Origin: a virus
IMG/VR virus record: IMGVR_UViG_3300044642_000074
Span: 50,809-114,808 of that record
DNA length: 64,000 bases
Reading direction: 5' to 3' (one strand)
The position numbers and the translations under genes were made by a program. Below, one piece after another: positions 19,601 to 27,254 of the stretch (positions are counted from its first letter, which is position 1; each line of letters opens with the position of its first letter). The notes under the pieces were generated by a model, which did no database searches, had not been told where the DNA came from, and saw only the letters and a list, made by a program, of their open reading frames with translations.

Positions 19601-21242
19601 GGCTTCCTACGAAGCTATGAGTGAGATAGAAGATGCTGCCAATATACTTGTCCATGTGGAAAAGAACAAGGATTCACTTGTTACTGATAACTGGGGTAAT
19701 GTAGTTATTGAGAATAACTCAGCTAAGGTTGCAAAAGGAAATGAGCGTAATGCTAAACTACTTGAGGACTTTGTAAACTTCTACATGTATAACAAGATGA
19801 GTGACAATACCTCTGATACTAAGTTTAAGTTCAGAGATAAAGAATACTCTCTTAATAAGACTGCCAGATGGTTTATGAAATTCTTCTCGTTAAAGACTCT
19901 TGCGTTAAACCCTATATCAGGTACAGCACAGTTTGTTGGTGGTACCGGTAACGCTTTGTTTCTTGCTGCCAAGAAAACTATATTTACTACAGGAGACTGG
20001 ACCAGCTCAGTTTATCAAGTTACAAAACGTGATCCTAAGACTATTGCACTATTACACTATGCGGATATTCTTTTAGAAGACCGTAAAGAGGCCAGGTCAA
20101 CAGAGCTTTCTGTATCTAAGATTGTACAGTTTAATACGATGGACAAAATGTATTTTATCCAACGTGCTTCAGATAAAGCTGTTCAGTATCCTGTTGCTAT
20201 TGCTACAATGATGAACCACATGGTTGATGAAAACGGTAATATTGTAGATATTACAAAGACAGTTAAGAAAGAGTTTGATTATGACAAAGTGTTTTATAAC
20301 GTATCTCCTGAGGAGCGTAATGCTCTTAAAGAAAAGATAGATGCTAAAGTAAAAGAACTAAAGGAAAACAAGTCAATCTATGCTACTACCAAGATTGTAA
20401 ATGACAAGCTTGAGATTCCAGGAATAGATATTAACTCTCAGGAGTGGGCCAAGTTCAGAGGTAAGATCAAGCAGGTTAATAAAACAATCCTGGGTAACTC
20501 TACCCGTGATGATATTAACTCAGTACGAACTACACAGTTAGGTATGGCTTTAATGCAGTTCCGTTCATGGATGCCTCAGATGGTTAAAGAGCGTTTTGGT
20601 AAACTGAATTATAACCAGGATCTTGATCTGTACTCAATGGGTAAGACTAGGTTATTTTTTGGAGAGATTATTAAACACCCGTTAACTATTGCTAAGTCTA
20701 TTATATCTAGTTCCGGAACAAACATGATTGAAGCTGCTAAGCAGCGTTATATTCAAGAAAGAGCTGATGCTGCTTTAGAGGGAAGAGACTTTACTTTAAG
20801 TGAAGCTGAGTTTATTGATATGTATGTTGGTAATATCAGGTCCCAGATCCGCGAGTTGGCTACAGTTATTGGGGTACTCTCATTGATTATGATGGCTAAG
20901 CCTGGGGATGATGATGACAAGCATGAGAAAGGTGTTAGAAAATACATAGCCCGAGCTTTAGAAAAATACTATGCGGAGTTTTCATTCTACTATCTACCTA
21001 CATCATTTACAGAACTAGTTAACTCACCATTTCCTGTGGTAGGTTTAGCTACTGATTTTATTAGCTTTACTGAAGCTAGTGGTAAACAGTTTTACGGATA
21101 TGTAACAGATGATGCCAAGATACAGAAAGACGCTAAACCTCTTAAGTATGGCTCAAGATTACTACCTATATTAAAAGAAGGTATCATGATGAGGGCCATC
21201 TTTGATGATGACTTTAGAAAAGAATGGGATATCAGATTATAA
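16623..21242 (+). CDS. Large virion cargo protein with zincin-like remnant and PD-(D/E)xK nuclease domain
   Basis: 1539 aa; LSEEAAHF; GDMIH...AGSIDL...VYDWKS...YKIQLQEY. Confidence 0.75.
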   Translation: MKCLNTSLPTVQESLAVIKSEPMVAKILDMLDENATSQDVIKKYNDMYNKSEEGTKLNQKVMSFLDKIGVSVEKVNQIKDAEGNPLQATAKADMLNKIIQVIEGRADLNTLSEEAAHFFVEMLNDDSPLLKEMMDKITGYDLYRQTVERYKNLPEYRLQGGGVNFPKLKKEAIGQLIAQAIIRQEQGNETDERLGFLMKWWSKLWDFVTKSFSRVEENPFETAAQQIVAGETADLEVNKDIEGVYFQLDDSINKLKDEQSRLTLDNSVDPRTGQKRHVYNRDGKVVKLNVTTAKVDPYYRSIFPNDKRDERKKQVDLEKAQYGDMIHATIEAIIDTYIDPITKRRRVSPAQSRSQYVGTDFYNTLDAYVRELISTYDPNTVFMREVKVYDPTQDMAGSIDLIAVTPDGTVNVYDWKSQEVGKGKTELPSYKEKAYKIQLQEYVNILRNVYGFNKFGKIRAIPIKTNFAYTGPVGAKQLSGLNSVEIAPVDSRLTDPSKDYLLPITLKEDKEEDESLSEMIGKLNSLLERFENTAKNARASERIKMQDQIDRYRKAIRDLHLRKDIRKFIELGTFEVNRYQKKLNENTLTEKDALESLDILKVFSGTTYYFKNYMGQLRAALNAEQDPNVKQIYQDIINNYNSLNSNAEITVKEMEKAILEIGKKVAEEKGGIQNLMMSEKKIGSAAGFFDALSQIPQRAFKAFYRILSDAQNKRDLLYAESVKTLGQLKTDLDAWARNKGLAGERMFDGLLEIDEKGNWNGEFLRKYNKQAYKERKKAIDGADINWIKANMTFDKAWYEKDLASYVKYVESMQYDTDPQINAAIQQRTINNWISNFNVAANGQNDFALLNVQNKYMRFNDNWITDKWKNLQKPENAPLKKVYDEFQKLLRRSEDLGMIDEYSWDFIPSIYKGKLDHIAFGGSVFTSKGFLEELQVATGDNYTPQIDPITGKVMMNIPVHFTQDIGVEKEDGTVDYSQKSRDLFKVFGVWSAQMASYEAMSEIEDAANILVHVEKNKDSLVTDNWGNVVIENNSAKVAKGNERNAKLLEDFVNFYMYNKMSDNTSDTKFKFRDKEYSLNKTARWFMKFFSLKTLALNPISGTAQFVGGTGNALFLAAKKTIFTTGDWTSSVYQVTKRDPKTIALLHYADILLEDRKEARSTELSVSKIVQFNTMDKMYFIQRASDKAVQYPVAIATMMNHMVDENGNIVDITKTVKKEFDYDKVFYNVSPEERNALKEKIDAKVKELKENKSIYATTKIVNDKLEIPGIDINSQEWAKFRGKIKQVNKTILGNSTRDDINSVRTTQLGMALMQFRSWMPQMVKERFGKLNYNQDLDLYSMGKTRLFFGEIIKHPLTIAKSIISSSGTNMIEAAKQRYIQERADAALEGRDFTLSEAEFIDMYVGNIRSQIRELATVIGVLSLIMMAKPGDDDDKHEKGVRKYIARALEKYYAEFSFYYLPTSFTELVNSPFPVVGLATDFISFTEASGKQFYGYVTDDAKIQKDAKPLKYGSRLLPILKEGIMMRAIFDDDFRKEWDIRL

Positions 21243-21276
21243 AAGAAAAGAGCACTAACTGTGCTCTTTCTTTTTT
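21241..21276. terminator. Bidirectional intrinsic terminator between the convergent late and early blocks
   Basis: AAAGAGCAC-TAACT-GTGCTCTTT hairpin with A-run before and T-run after. Confidence 0.8.
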
Positions 21277-21428
21277 CTTCCAAGACTTAGTGTAAAGCTC
21301 ATAAAAATAAGTCCTACACGAAGACTGTAGACAGGAACCTTATAGATGTTGTCTATACCTGTTATAAATTCAACGCCTAGTAAAGCTCGGGTAGAGCTTA
21401 ATAGCTCAAAGGTAAATGTCCAAAGCAT
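21255..21428 (-). CDS. Small hydrophobic hypothetical protein
   Basis: Internal ATG (MLWTFTF) lies 2 nt after the upstream stop; the ORF-track start overlaps the previous gene. Confidence 0.4.
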   Translation of the reverse strand: MLWTFTFELLSSTRALLGVEFITGIDNIYKVPVYSLRVGLIFMSFTLSLGRKKKEHS

Positions 21429-21430
21429 AG

Positions 21431-21874
21431 TTATTGTTTTTCTACGGTGAAAGGATGACGTCCCAGGTAGCAGTCTTCCGGCCAACCCATGTGACGTTTA
21501 AACCCGTTGATGAAGCTTTGTATATTACTAGCTCCAACAGGGTTATGGCTGTGGACTGAAACAGCATTAATTGTTTTCCCAGAATTTTGGGAAAACTCTA
21601 CTAGCCATCGGGCACAGTCTAACCCGGTTTTTTCCTTATAGCTTTCATAGTCTGGTTGTTGCCATCCAATGCTTAGCTTCTGTTTAAAGTAATCATCTAT
21701 GTGTTCCTCTGCCAGATCGTGATCAAAACTGATCAGGTCAGGTATGCCTTTTTCTATAATAAATCCTGTAAACTCTTCATAGTTCCGAACAACAGACCAG
21801 GGATTATACCCCGGTATTGTTGTTGTTGGTGTCCTCTGATCGTCCAGGTACAATGCTGTTTTTAAGGTGCTCAT
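21431..21874 (-). CDS. Cyclic-phosphate-processing receiver (cREC)-like protein
   Basis: LYLDDQRTP...ISFDHDL...TGLDCARWL...HSHNPVG pattern. Confidence 0.75.
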   Translation of the reverse strand: MSTLKTALYLDDQRTPTTTIPGYNPWSVVRNYEEFTGFIIEKGIPDLISFDHDLAEEHIDDYFKQKLSIGWQQPDYESYKEKTGLDCARWLVEFSQNSGKTINAVSVHSHNPVGASNIQSFINGFKRHMGWPEDCYLGRHPFTVEKQ

Positions 21875-22025
21875 AGAATGGATCTATATTTATGTTACCC
21901 TTGCTGTGCTTGGGTTCATAAGGGCAGTGTCTGCAGCCATTGCCACAGCACTGTCCACGGTTAATATGAAATAAGGGAGTGAGGATTACTCGGTCTCCCT
22001 CCATGTAGTAGAAGTCTTCTTTCAT
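21804..22025 (-). CDS. DUF5522-like Cys-rich protein
   Basis: HINRGQCCGNGCRHCPY. Confidence 0.75.
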   Translation of the reverse strand: MKEDFYYMEGDRVILTPLFHINRGQCCGNGCRHCPYEPKHSKGNINIDPFYEHLKNSIVPGRSEDTNNNNTGV

Positions 22026-22426
22026 ATAGCTTCATTAAGAAGGATATTACATTTTTCCATCCAGTTACCAGCTAATACGTCAACGATAATAGGGGCTTTC
22101 ATACCTTTTTTATAGGCTTCGTAGCTTTCTTGTTCGTTGTCATCCAGGTGCCAGACGAACTCTGTTCCTTCTAAATAGTTTACTTTCCACTGCATGCAAG
22201 TAAATCTTACCCGCCAGCGTGGGATACCTAATCTGTCTACTACTTCCCAGAGATCATCCAGGGTAGCGTTATGAGGATACTTGTGTTTGTGGTTCTCGTC
22301 CCAGCGTGTGGTGACAACCCAAACTTCTATGCCGGATTCTATTAGTTCTTTAGCATAGTCTTGTACGTTTTGAAACTCTAACGTTCCGTCAAAGTCAAAG
22401 CTTACTTTTTTAGGGATTACTTTCAT
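22022..22426 (-). CDS. HAD-superfamily hydrolase-like protein
   Basis: SFDFDGTL motif I, VVTTR motif II, HLDDN motif IV; start taken at MKVIPKK. Confidence 0.7.
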   Translation of the reverse strand: MKVIPKKVSFDFDGTLEFQNVQDYAKELIESGIEVWVVTTRWDENHKHKYPHNATLDDLWEVVDRLGIPRWRVRFTCMQWKVNYLEGTEFVWHLDDNEQESYEAYKKGMKAPIIVDVLAGNWMEKCNILLNEAI

Positions 22427-22510
22427 AGGATAAAGGATAATAACCAGCTCCATAGTCTGAAGCCGAGGTAAAAAATAATAGACCAGGTGATGATGAAGGT
22501 CCAGTTCAGA

Positions 22511-22780
22511 CTACTCAGTCTGTGTTTCCAGGTACGAATTATACTCTTCATATATTTTAGGGTATTTACGCAGTATATCTTCCCTAGTAATCTCATGTCT
22601 GCCTGCTTCTACACTAATTATAAACAGCTCATCATACAGACTATCTTTTATGCAGGATATAGAGTCTAGTTGTTTATTTAATTCAGGAATTTGTTTTACC
22701 TGCTGTTTTAAATCAAACAACGTGTAGAACAGTAGCCCTATGGTACTGATACTCAGTATCGGGCCTATATACTTTTTCAT
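22511..22780 (-). CDS. Hypothetical protein with N-terminal TM and coiled coil
   Basis: 89 aa, operon packing. Confidence 0.6.
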   Translation of the reverse strand: MKKYIGPILSISTIGLLFYTLFDLKQQVKQIPELNKQLDSISCIKDSLYDELFIISVEAGRHEITREDILRKYPKIYEEYNSYLETQTE

Positions 22781-23058
22781 AAGAATTGATATTTAGAACA
22801 TTTACTAATAAGATCTTCATCTTCAGGCTTAAGTTTAGATAACCTACAGGCTACCTCCTTACCGTATTTTGAAGAGAATACTCTGGTTTTTGTTGTACAT
22901 CTTTGTTGTACTTGGCTTGCACTTAGTCCTAGCTTATGTGCTGCTTTTGCAAAGCTGGGGTATACACCCACAAGCCGCTTATCTGTTGGATCATAGACTT
23001 TTATACAGGTGTCTTTATGCAATCCGTTCAGGTCATCTTTCATTGATATCATATCCAA
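22777..23058 (-). CDS. NUMOD1-like HTH DNA-binding protein
   Basis: IKVYD...LVGVYPSFAKAAHKLGLSASQV. Confidence 0.55.
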   Translation of the reverse strand: MDMISMKDDLNGLHKDTCIKVYDPTDKRLVGVYPSFAKAAHKLGLSASQVQQRCTTKTRVFSSKYGKEVACRLSKLKPEDEDLISKCSKYQFL

Positions 23059-23111
23059 TCTATAGAACTTGTAGAGGTAAAAGTAGAGAACTTATCTAAC
23101 ATCTACAAATA

Positions 23112-23142
23112 AATAAGGGGGAAAATTTACTTCCCCCTTATT
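23112..23142. terminator. Intrinsic terminator
   Basis: AATAAGGGGGAA / TTCCCCCTTATT inverted repeat. Confidence 0.7.
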
Positions 23143-23146
23143 GTTA

Positions 23147-23371
23147 TTAGTCAAAGCTTATATCTCTGTTACTCATGTACTCTCGTAGAAGATCTCGGAT
23201 CTCCTGGTACGCGTCATACTTGTCTTGAGATAGGTCGTCAGAAGCATATTTAGTTTTAGCTCTTAGTTCCTGATCAAGATCCCAGCATACTATATACCAG
23301 CTAGTAGCATTGGTTGCCATCTTAAAATCTTCTTGGTCATCGGGTAGATTGAACTCTAGAATTGCTTTCAT
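23147..23371 (-). CDS. Hypothetical phage protein
   Basis: 74 aa, MKAILEFNLPDD start typical of small phage proteins. Confidence 0.65.
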   Translation of the reverse strand: MKAILEFNLPDDQEDFKMATNATSWYIVCWDLDQELRAKTKYASDDLSQDKYDAYQEIRDLLREYMSNRDISFD

Positions 23372-23600
23372 CGGTAAGGATTTTACTGTGATTAAAAGGA
23401 TAATATTCTTCTAGAGCACGTTTGTAAAACTCCATCTCCAGGCTATCCTTTTTGTACAGGATTTCCTGGTGTGTGAGTTTACGAGTAGCTCTGTTTTCTT
23501 TTTCTCTTTGGTACAGCCAGTAGCAACACACGGCTAGTATACTAAAGAAGACAGCTGGTACTACATAAAAACTAAAGAAGTTACTAAGCTTTTGTTTCAT
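23337..23600 (-). CDS. Hypothetical membrane protein
   Basis: Single TM segment, operon packing. Confidence 0.55.
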   Translation of the reverse strand: MKQKLSNFFSFYVVPAVFFSILAVCCYWLYQREKENRATRKLTHQEILYKKDSLEMEFYKRALEEYYPFNHSKILTDESNSRVQSTR

Positions 23601-23814
23601 AGTATAGCTTTCTTACTTTTACTCCCAGTTCCATATCATTGGAAGTATTAATAATCATTTTTTCAGGTACCGCAATATGTGTACGGTTGGTTCCTTCCCT
23701 GTAACATTTGGAACAGAGTTGACCAAATCCTTCTATATAACCTATCCGTAAGTCTATATGGGTAGTGTCATCATAGGGAGTTTCTACTTTACATAGGATA
23801 CAACTGTCTTTCAT
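23584..23814 (-). CDS. Hypothetical Zn-ribbon protein
   Basis: CILC...GQLCSKC. Confidence 0.6.
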   Translation of the reverse strand: MKDSCILCKVETPYDDTTHIDLRIGYIEGFGQLCSKCYREGTNRTHIAVPEKMIINTSNDMELGVKVRKLYYETKA

Positions 23815-23826
23815 AGTAATTGGATT

Positions 23827-24084
23827 TTATAGGTCTACATTGATGTACTCATTTGTTTGTTTCCATCTAAGTTGTAAATCTTCCCAGTAACCTGTTTCAT
23901 CATTGAACCGGTTACAAATTGTAACCAACTCAGGAAAACCAAGAGCTATCTTAGCTCGGTTTTTTCTATCAAGTTTCCAAATGGCTTCTATAAGAGCAGT
24001 CATGCCGCTGCCTGCCATGCCTTTTTTGTAGTGCATAAATACTACTTCTGCTTCTGTCAATTGGGGTCTTTTTTCTGTGCTCAT
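23827..24084 (-). CDS. Hypothetical protein
   Basis: 85 aa, 4-nt overlap with the upstream gene. Confidence 0.6.
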   Translation of the reverse strand: MSTEKRPQLTEAEVVFMHYKKGMAGSGMTALIEAIWKLDRKNRAKIALGFPELVTICNRFNDETGYWEDLQLRWKQTNEYINVDL

Positions 24085-24773
24085 AATGTTAAAATATTTC
24101 CGTGTGATGTAAGTCCAAGGTCAAACCTGCCATCGTACACACAGGCTGCATTTGAGAATACAGTTTTGGTACGGGAATAGTGTGCCACTCCTTGGTTAGT
24201 GTCAACACCCTTCATATTATGTATATGACCGAAACAAACTAGCTTTAATGTGTCCTTTAGAGCCCAGCATCTTTTCATAAGAGACAGGTCTCCACACATT
24301 TCTAGGTCTCCTTCTCGGTCAAAGCTTAAGTCCCTGACTCCTTTCGGGGGTCCGTGGACTATTAATACATCTGTGTCATCAGGAATCATCTGCCACACTT
24401 TATGTGTTTTGTCTCTTGCTTTCATGAATGACCAGTCACAAAAGCTTGGGGTAATAGGACTACCGTAGAACTTGACTCCGTCTATAATAGTTGCTTGGTT
24501 TTCTAGGTAGATAATTCCGGCTTCAGCAAAATACCCAGGGGTAACTAGACGACGTTCTATGGAAGTATCATGATTACCTGCTACATAGATCTTGTGTTTT
24601 ACAGGTACATTTTTGTACCACTCTATAAAGTCTAGTACTTCGTTGCTGTTACGATACGGGTCTCTGTAGTTACTGCAGTCACCACTGTGCACTACTACGT
24701 CTATATCCTGAAATCTTTCATCAGGAAATGTACCATGAAACCCATGAGTATCAGATATGTGTAGGATCTTCAT
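24081..24773 (-). CDS. Calcineurin-like metallophosphoesterase
   Basis: SDTH, HSGD, AGNHD, HGPP, FGHIH motifs. Confidence 0.9.
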   Translation of the reverse strand: MKILHISDTHGFHGTFPDERFQDIDVVVHSGDCSNYRDPYRNSNEVLDFIEWYKNVPVKHKIYVAGNHDTSIERRLVTPGYFAEAGIIYLENQATIIDGVKFYGSPITPSFCDWSFMKARDKTHKVWQMIPDDTDVLIVHGPPKGVRDLSFDREGDLEMCGDLSLMKRCWALKDTLKLVCFGHIHNMKGVDTNQGVAHYSRTKTVFSNAACVYDGRFDLGLTSHGNILTL

Positions 24774-24975
24774 TGTTTAAATATTTTTCCTCATTAATGT
24801 AGTTTTCAGCATCATTAACATGATTACATTGAGCATCCGTATAACCCACATTATAGTCGGCTATTCGTTGCTGATACTCCATCTGTCTAGCTTGTTCTAT
24901 TAGTTCAGCTACTTTATCGTAACTGGTTCTATTAATTCTAGAAACTAGCCAATCAACTACAGTTTGCTTTATCAT
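24751..24975 (-). CDS. Hypothetical protein
   Basis: 74 aa, operon packing. Confidence 0.55.
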   Translation of the reverse strand: MIKQTVVDWLVSRINRTSYDKVAELIEQARQMEYQQRIADYNVGYTDAQCNHVNDAENYINEEKYLNNEDPTHI

Positions 24976-24985
24976 ATAATGATAT

Positions 24986-25702
24986 TCATATTAGTTTTTC
25001 TTTACGTAGTATACTACCTACAGTAAAGAGTAATGAAACCATGTCAGAGCCGTTCATAATCTTATGATCAAAGTCCCAGTTGTCTAGTCCAGTCTCAGAA
25101 GGGTGTGCATTTATTGCACTAACTCCAGGACGGTCTACTCGGATTACTATACCACCTGCATCTTTAATAGCTTTAGCTTCATTAGGAAAGCGTGTGTCTG
25201 TAATAATCCAGTTGTTACAGTCCCAACCATTAGGGGCACGGTCTGCAGGAACACATTCATAGTCTGCCATCAAAGCATTGACCCAGGTGTTTTCATGTAG
25301 TCCTGTACGGAGACCTTCTGTACCAAGTTTTTGTAAGAAGTCTCTTACAGTCATTGGTGTTTGTGTATCTGTCCAATCTTCTACATGCCCGTCATAATAT
25401 TCACCGAATGTTCTTACTGTTTTATTCCATTCAGGTCCAAGGTTGGTCTTCTTGAATTCCTGGTCTTCAAACTTCTCTTCCGGGATTCCGGTAAGTAGTG
25501 ACGCTATGGTCTTAAGCTTACCGGCCCATTTCTTAATTTCCCATCCGGACTTTTCTTCTATCCACCACTCGTTGTGAGCGTAGTCTTTAAGTATGTCATC
25601 TATGTCTTGACCTTCGGGTAGATCATTACATGCGGCTATTTGTATTAGTTTGCCTACTGTGTCTTTACCAGATCCAGAGTAGCCGTTTATACCGATTATC
25701 AT
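24986..25702 (-). CDS. Deoxynucleoside monophosphate kinase (T4 gp1-like)
   Basis: GYSGSGKDT P-loop, RDFLQKLGTE, ITDTRFPNE, HPSE. Confidence 0.85.
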   Translation of the reverse strand: MIIGINGYSGSGKDTVGKLIQIAACNDLPEGQDIDDILKDYAHNEWWIEEKSGWEIKKWAGKLKTIASLLTGIPEEKFEDQEFKKTNLGPEWNKTVRTFGEYYDGHVEDWTDTQTPMTVRDFLQKLGTEGLRTGLHENTWVNALMADYECVPADRAPNGWDCNNWIITDTRFPNEAKAIKDAGGIVIRVDRPGVSAINAHPSETGLDNWDFDHKIMNGSDMVSLLFTVGSILRKEKLI

Positions 25703-26046
25703 AGTTCATTTAGTTTTATATCAGGGAAAGGGATTGAGTTCTTTTTCCATTCTGCTGCTTCTTCTTTATTCAGGAGTACATCTTTGATCTGGATCTTTCT
25801 ATCTTCTTTTAACTTTCTTAAGGACTTGGATTGTTCTTTACTAGTGAGGTGCCAGCCATGGCAATGCTTACAATAGTAGTACCTGCACTGTCCTGGCTTA
25901 CCAGCCCGTCTGTTAACCCTTTTACCTTGTATGTGATCATAGAATCTACCTGTTGATTTTATTCTTGTTATGGCTTCCTTAGCAGCTCCTGGATCAGGAT
26001 ACCTCATTTTCCCTGTAGCTTTGCATTTGTTGCTCAGGTTCTCCAT
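25699..26046 (-). CDS. Zn-finger hypothetical protein
   Basis: CKATGK...YYCKHCHGWHLTS. Confidence 0.6.
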   Translation of the reverse strand: MENLSNKCKATGKMRYPDPGAAKEAITRIKSTGRFYDHIQGKRVNRRAGKPGQCRYYYCKHCHGWHLTSKEQSKSLRKLKEDRKIQIKDVLLNKEEAAEWKKNSIPFPDIKLNEL

Positions 26047-26380
26047 ATTTCTCTATTAGAAATTTATCTATGACGTCTACTATTTCTTCCATATCATCTG
26101 GTTTAATCCTCATAAGCTGTTCTGTAAGAACCATTACATAAACCAGGTCAGACTTATCTAGATCTTTCTTTACTTTCAGTACACTGTCAGAACTGGGAAG
26201 CAGATCACAGATTGTGTTGATAGCTCCAGTTACTTTAGTTAGTGCACTGTTTAATACATGTTTTTGTTTCTGACTGGTCAGGGCTTTTGCATAGTCTATT
26301 CTGATCTCTATACACTTGGCGTGCTGGAGTACTGACTGAAATAACTCACTAACCGTATGTTGACTTAGTACTTCTGCCAT
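25994..26380 (-). CDS. Hypothetical protein
   Basis: 128 aa, helical. Confidence 0.6.
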   Translation of the reverse strand: MAEVLSQHTVSELFQSVLQHAKCIEIRIDYAKALTSQKQKHVLNSALTKVTGAINTICDLLPSSDSVLKVKKDLDKSDLVYVMVLTEQLMRIKPDDMEEIVDVIDKFLIEKYGEPEQQMQSYRENEVS

Positions 26381-26383
26381 AGG

Positions 26384-26418
26384 AAAAGGCGGGGGTAGAA
26401 GAACTACCCCCTTCTTTT
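26384..26418. terminator. Intrinsic terminator
   Basis: GGGGGTAG-AAGAA-CTACCCCC hairpin with flanking A/T runs. Confidence 0.65.
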
Positions 26419-26419
26419 A

Positions 26420-27244
26420 TTAGTTAAACATTACACCGTAAGCGGTATTGAATTCCTGTTCCTCCTCTGTTTCTACTATATTCAGAATTTCTTCAGTATC
26501 TTCTTCTACAGCAGCGTAAGTGTTTTGAAGCTGACCCAACTCGTTCACAAAAAAGTTGTGGACTTTCTGGTGATCACTGAGATAGTTCAGTGGATGAGAA
26601 TCTTTAAGAGCCAGTGTGACGTGGTTATAAAGATCCCAAGCTGAGTTAGGATTAATACTGTACTGGTGAGTAGGCTTTTCAATCTCTCTTTGTACCATAC
26701 CGATTTGTGTGAGCGTGAGAATCTCCTGCTCTATAAATAACCTGCCTATCATAGAACCTTGTTGTGACTTGGTTAAGTGTACCTGTTTAAGCATCTCTTT
26801 GTCTGCTACCAGGTTATTATAATATTCCTTGGCATGATTAATCTGAAACTGGATAGAATTGGTTACATCTACTAATGCAGAGCCGGTATGCTTGCGTTTA
26901 TAGTTAGCCAAATCTCCTGAGACTACTCCGTTCATACAGATAAAGACCTGTGCACCAACGGCACACTTGAACCTCATCATCTTGTTATAAGAGTTAGACC
27001 AGGCAAACATGAGACCCATGTCTTGGTCTGTTCCGTAGTTCAGGTGATAAACACCTTGAGCTACTTGTCCATCAAGGCTGGTTTTATACAGCTCTTGGTT
27101 GATTACAAAGCCAGCGTTGGCTAGTTCTGCACGGGTCTGGTCAATGACGTACCCATGTGGGATTACTGTGTAACGCTTACCATGTTGAGGTAATGCTGCG
27201 TTACGGATGTGCTGCTCAGTTACAAATTGTGTTTTTACTGGCAT
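26420..27244 (-). CDS. DUF932-like protein
   Basis: NSYNK...VGAQVFICMNGVV...KRKHTG...SAWDLYNHVT. Confidence 0.7.
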   Translation of the reverse strand: MPVKTQFVTEQHIRNAALPQHGKRYTVIPHGYVIDQTRAELANAGFVINQELYKTSLDGQVAQGVYHLNYGTDQDMGLMFAWSNSYNKMMRFKCAVGAQVFICMNGVVSGDLANYKRKHTGSALVDVTNSIQFQINHAKEYYNNLVADKEMLKQVHLTKSQQGSMIGRLFIEQEILTLTQIGMVQREIEKPTHQYSINPNSAWDLYNHVTLALKDSHPLNYLSDHQKVHNFFVNELGQLQNTYAAVEEDTEEILNIVETEEEQEFNTAYGVMFN

Positions 27245-27254
27245 AACTGTGGTT

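Noticed and set aside
1353-21283. Many short antisense or alternate-frame ORFs inside the giant genes
   Set aside because: Shadow ORFs of long coding sequences, no motifs
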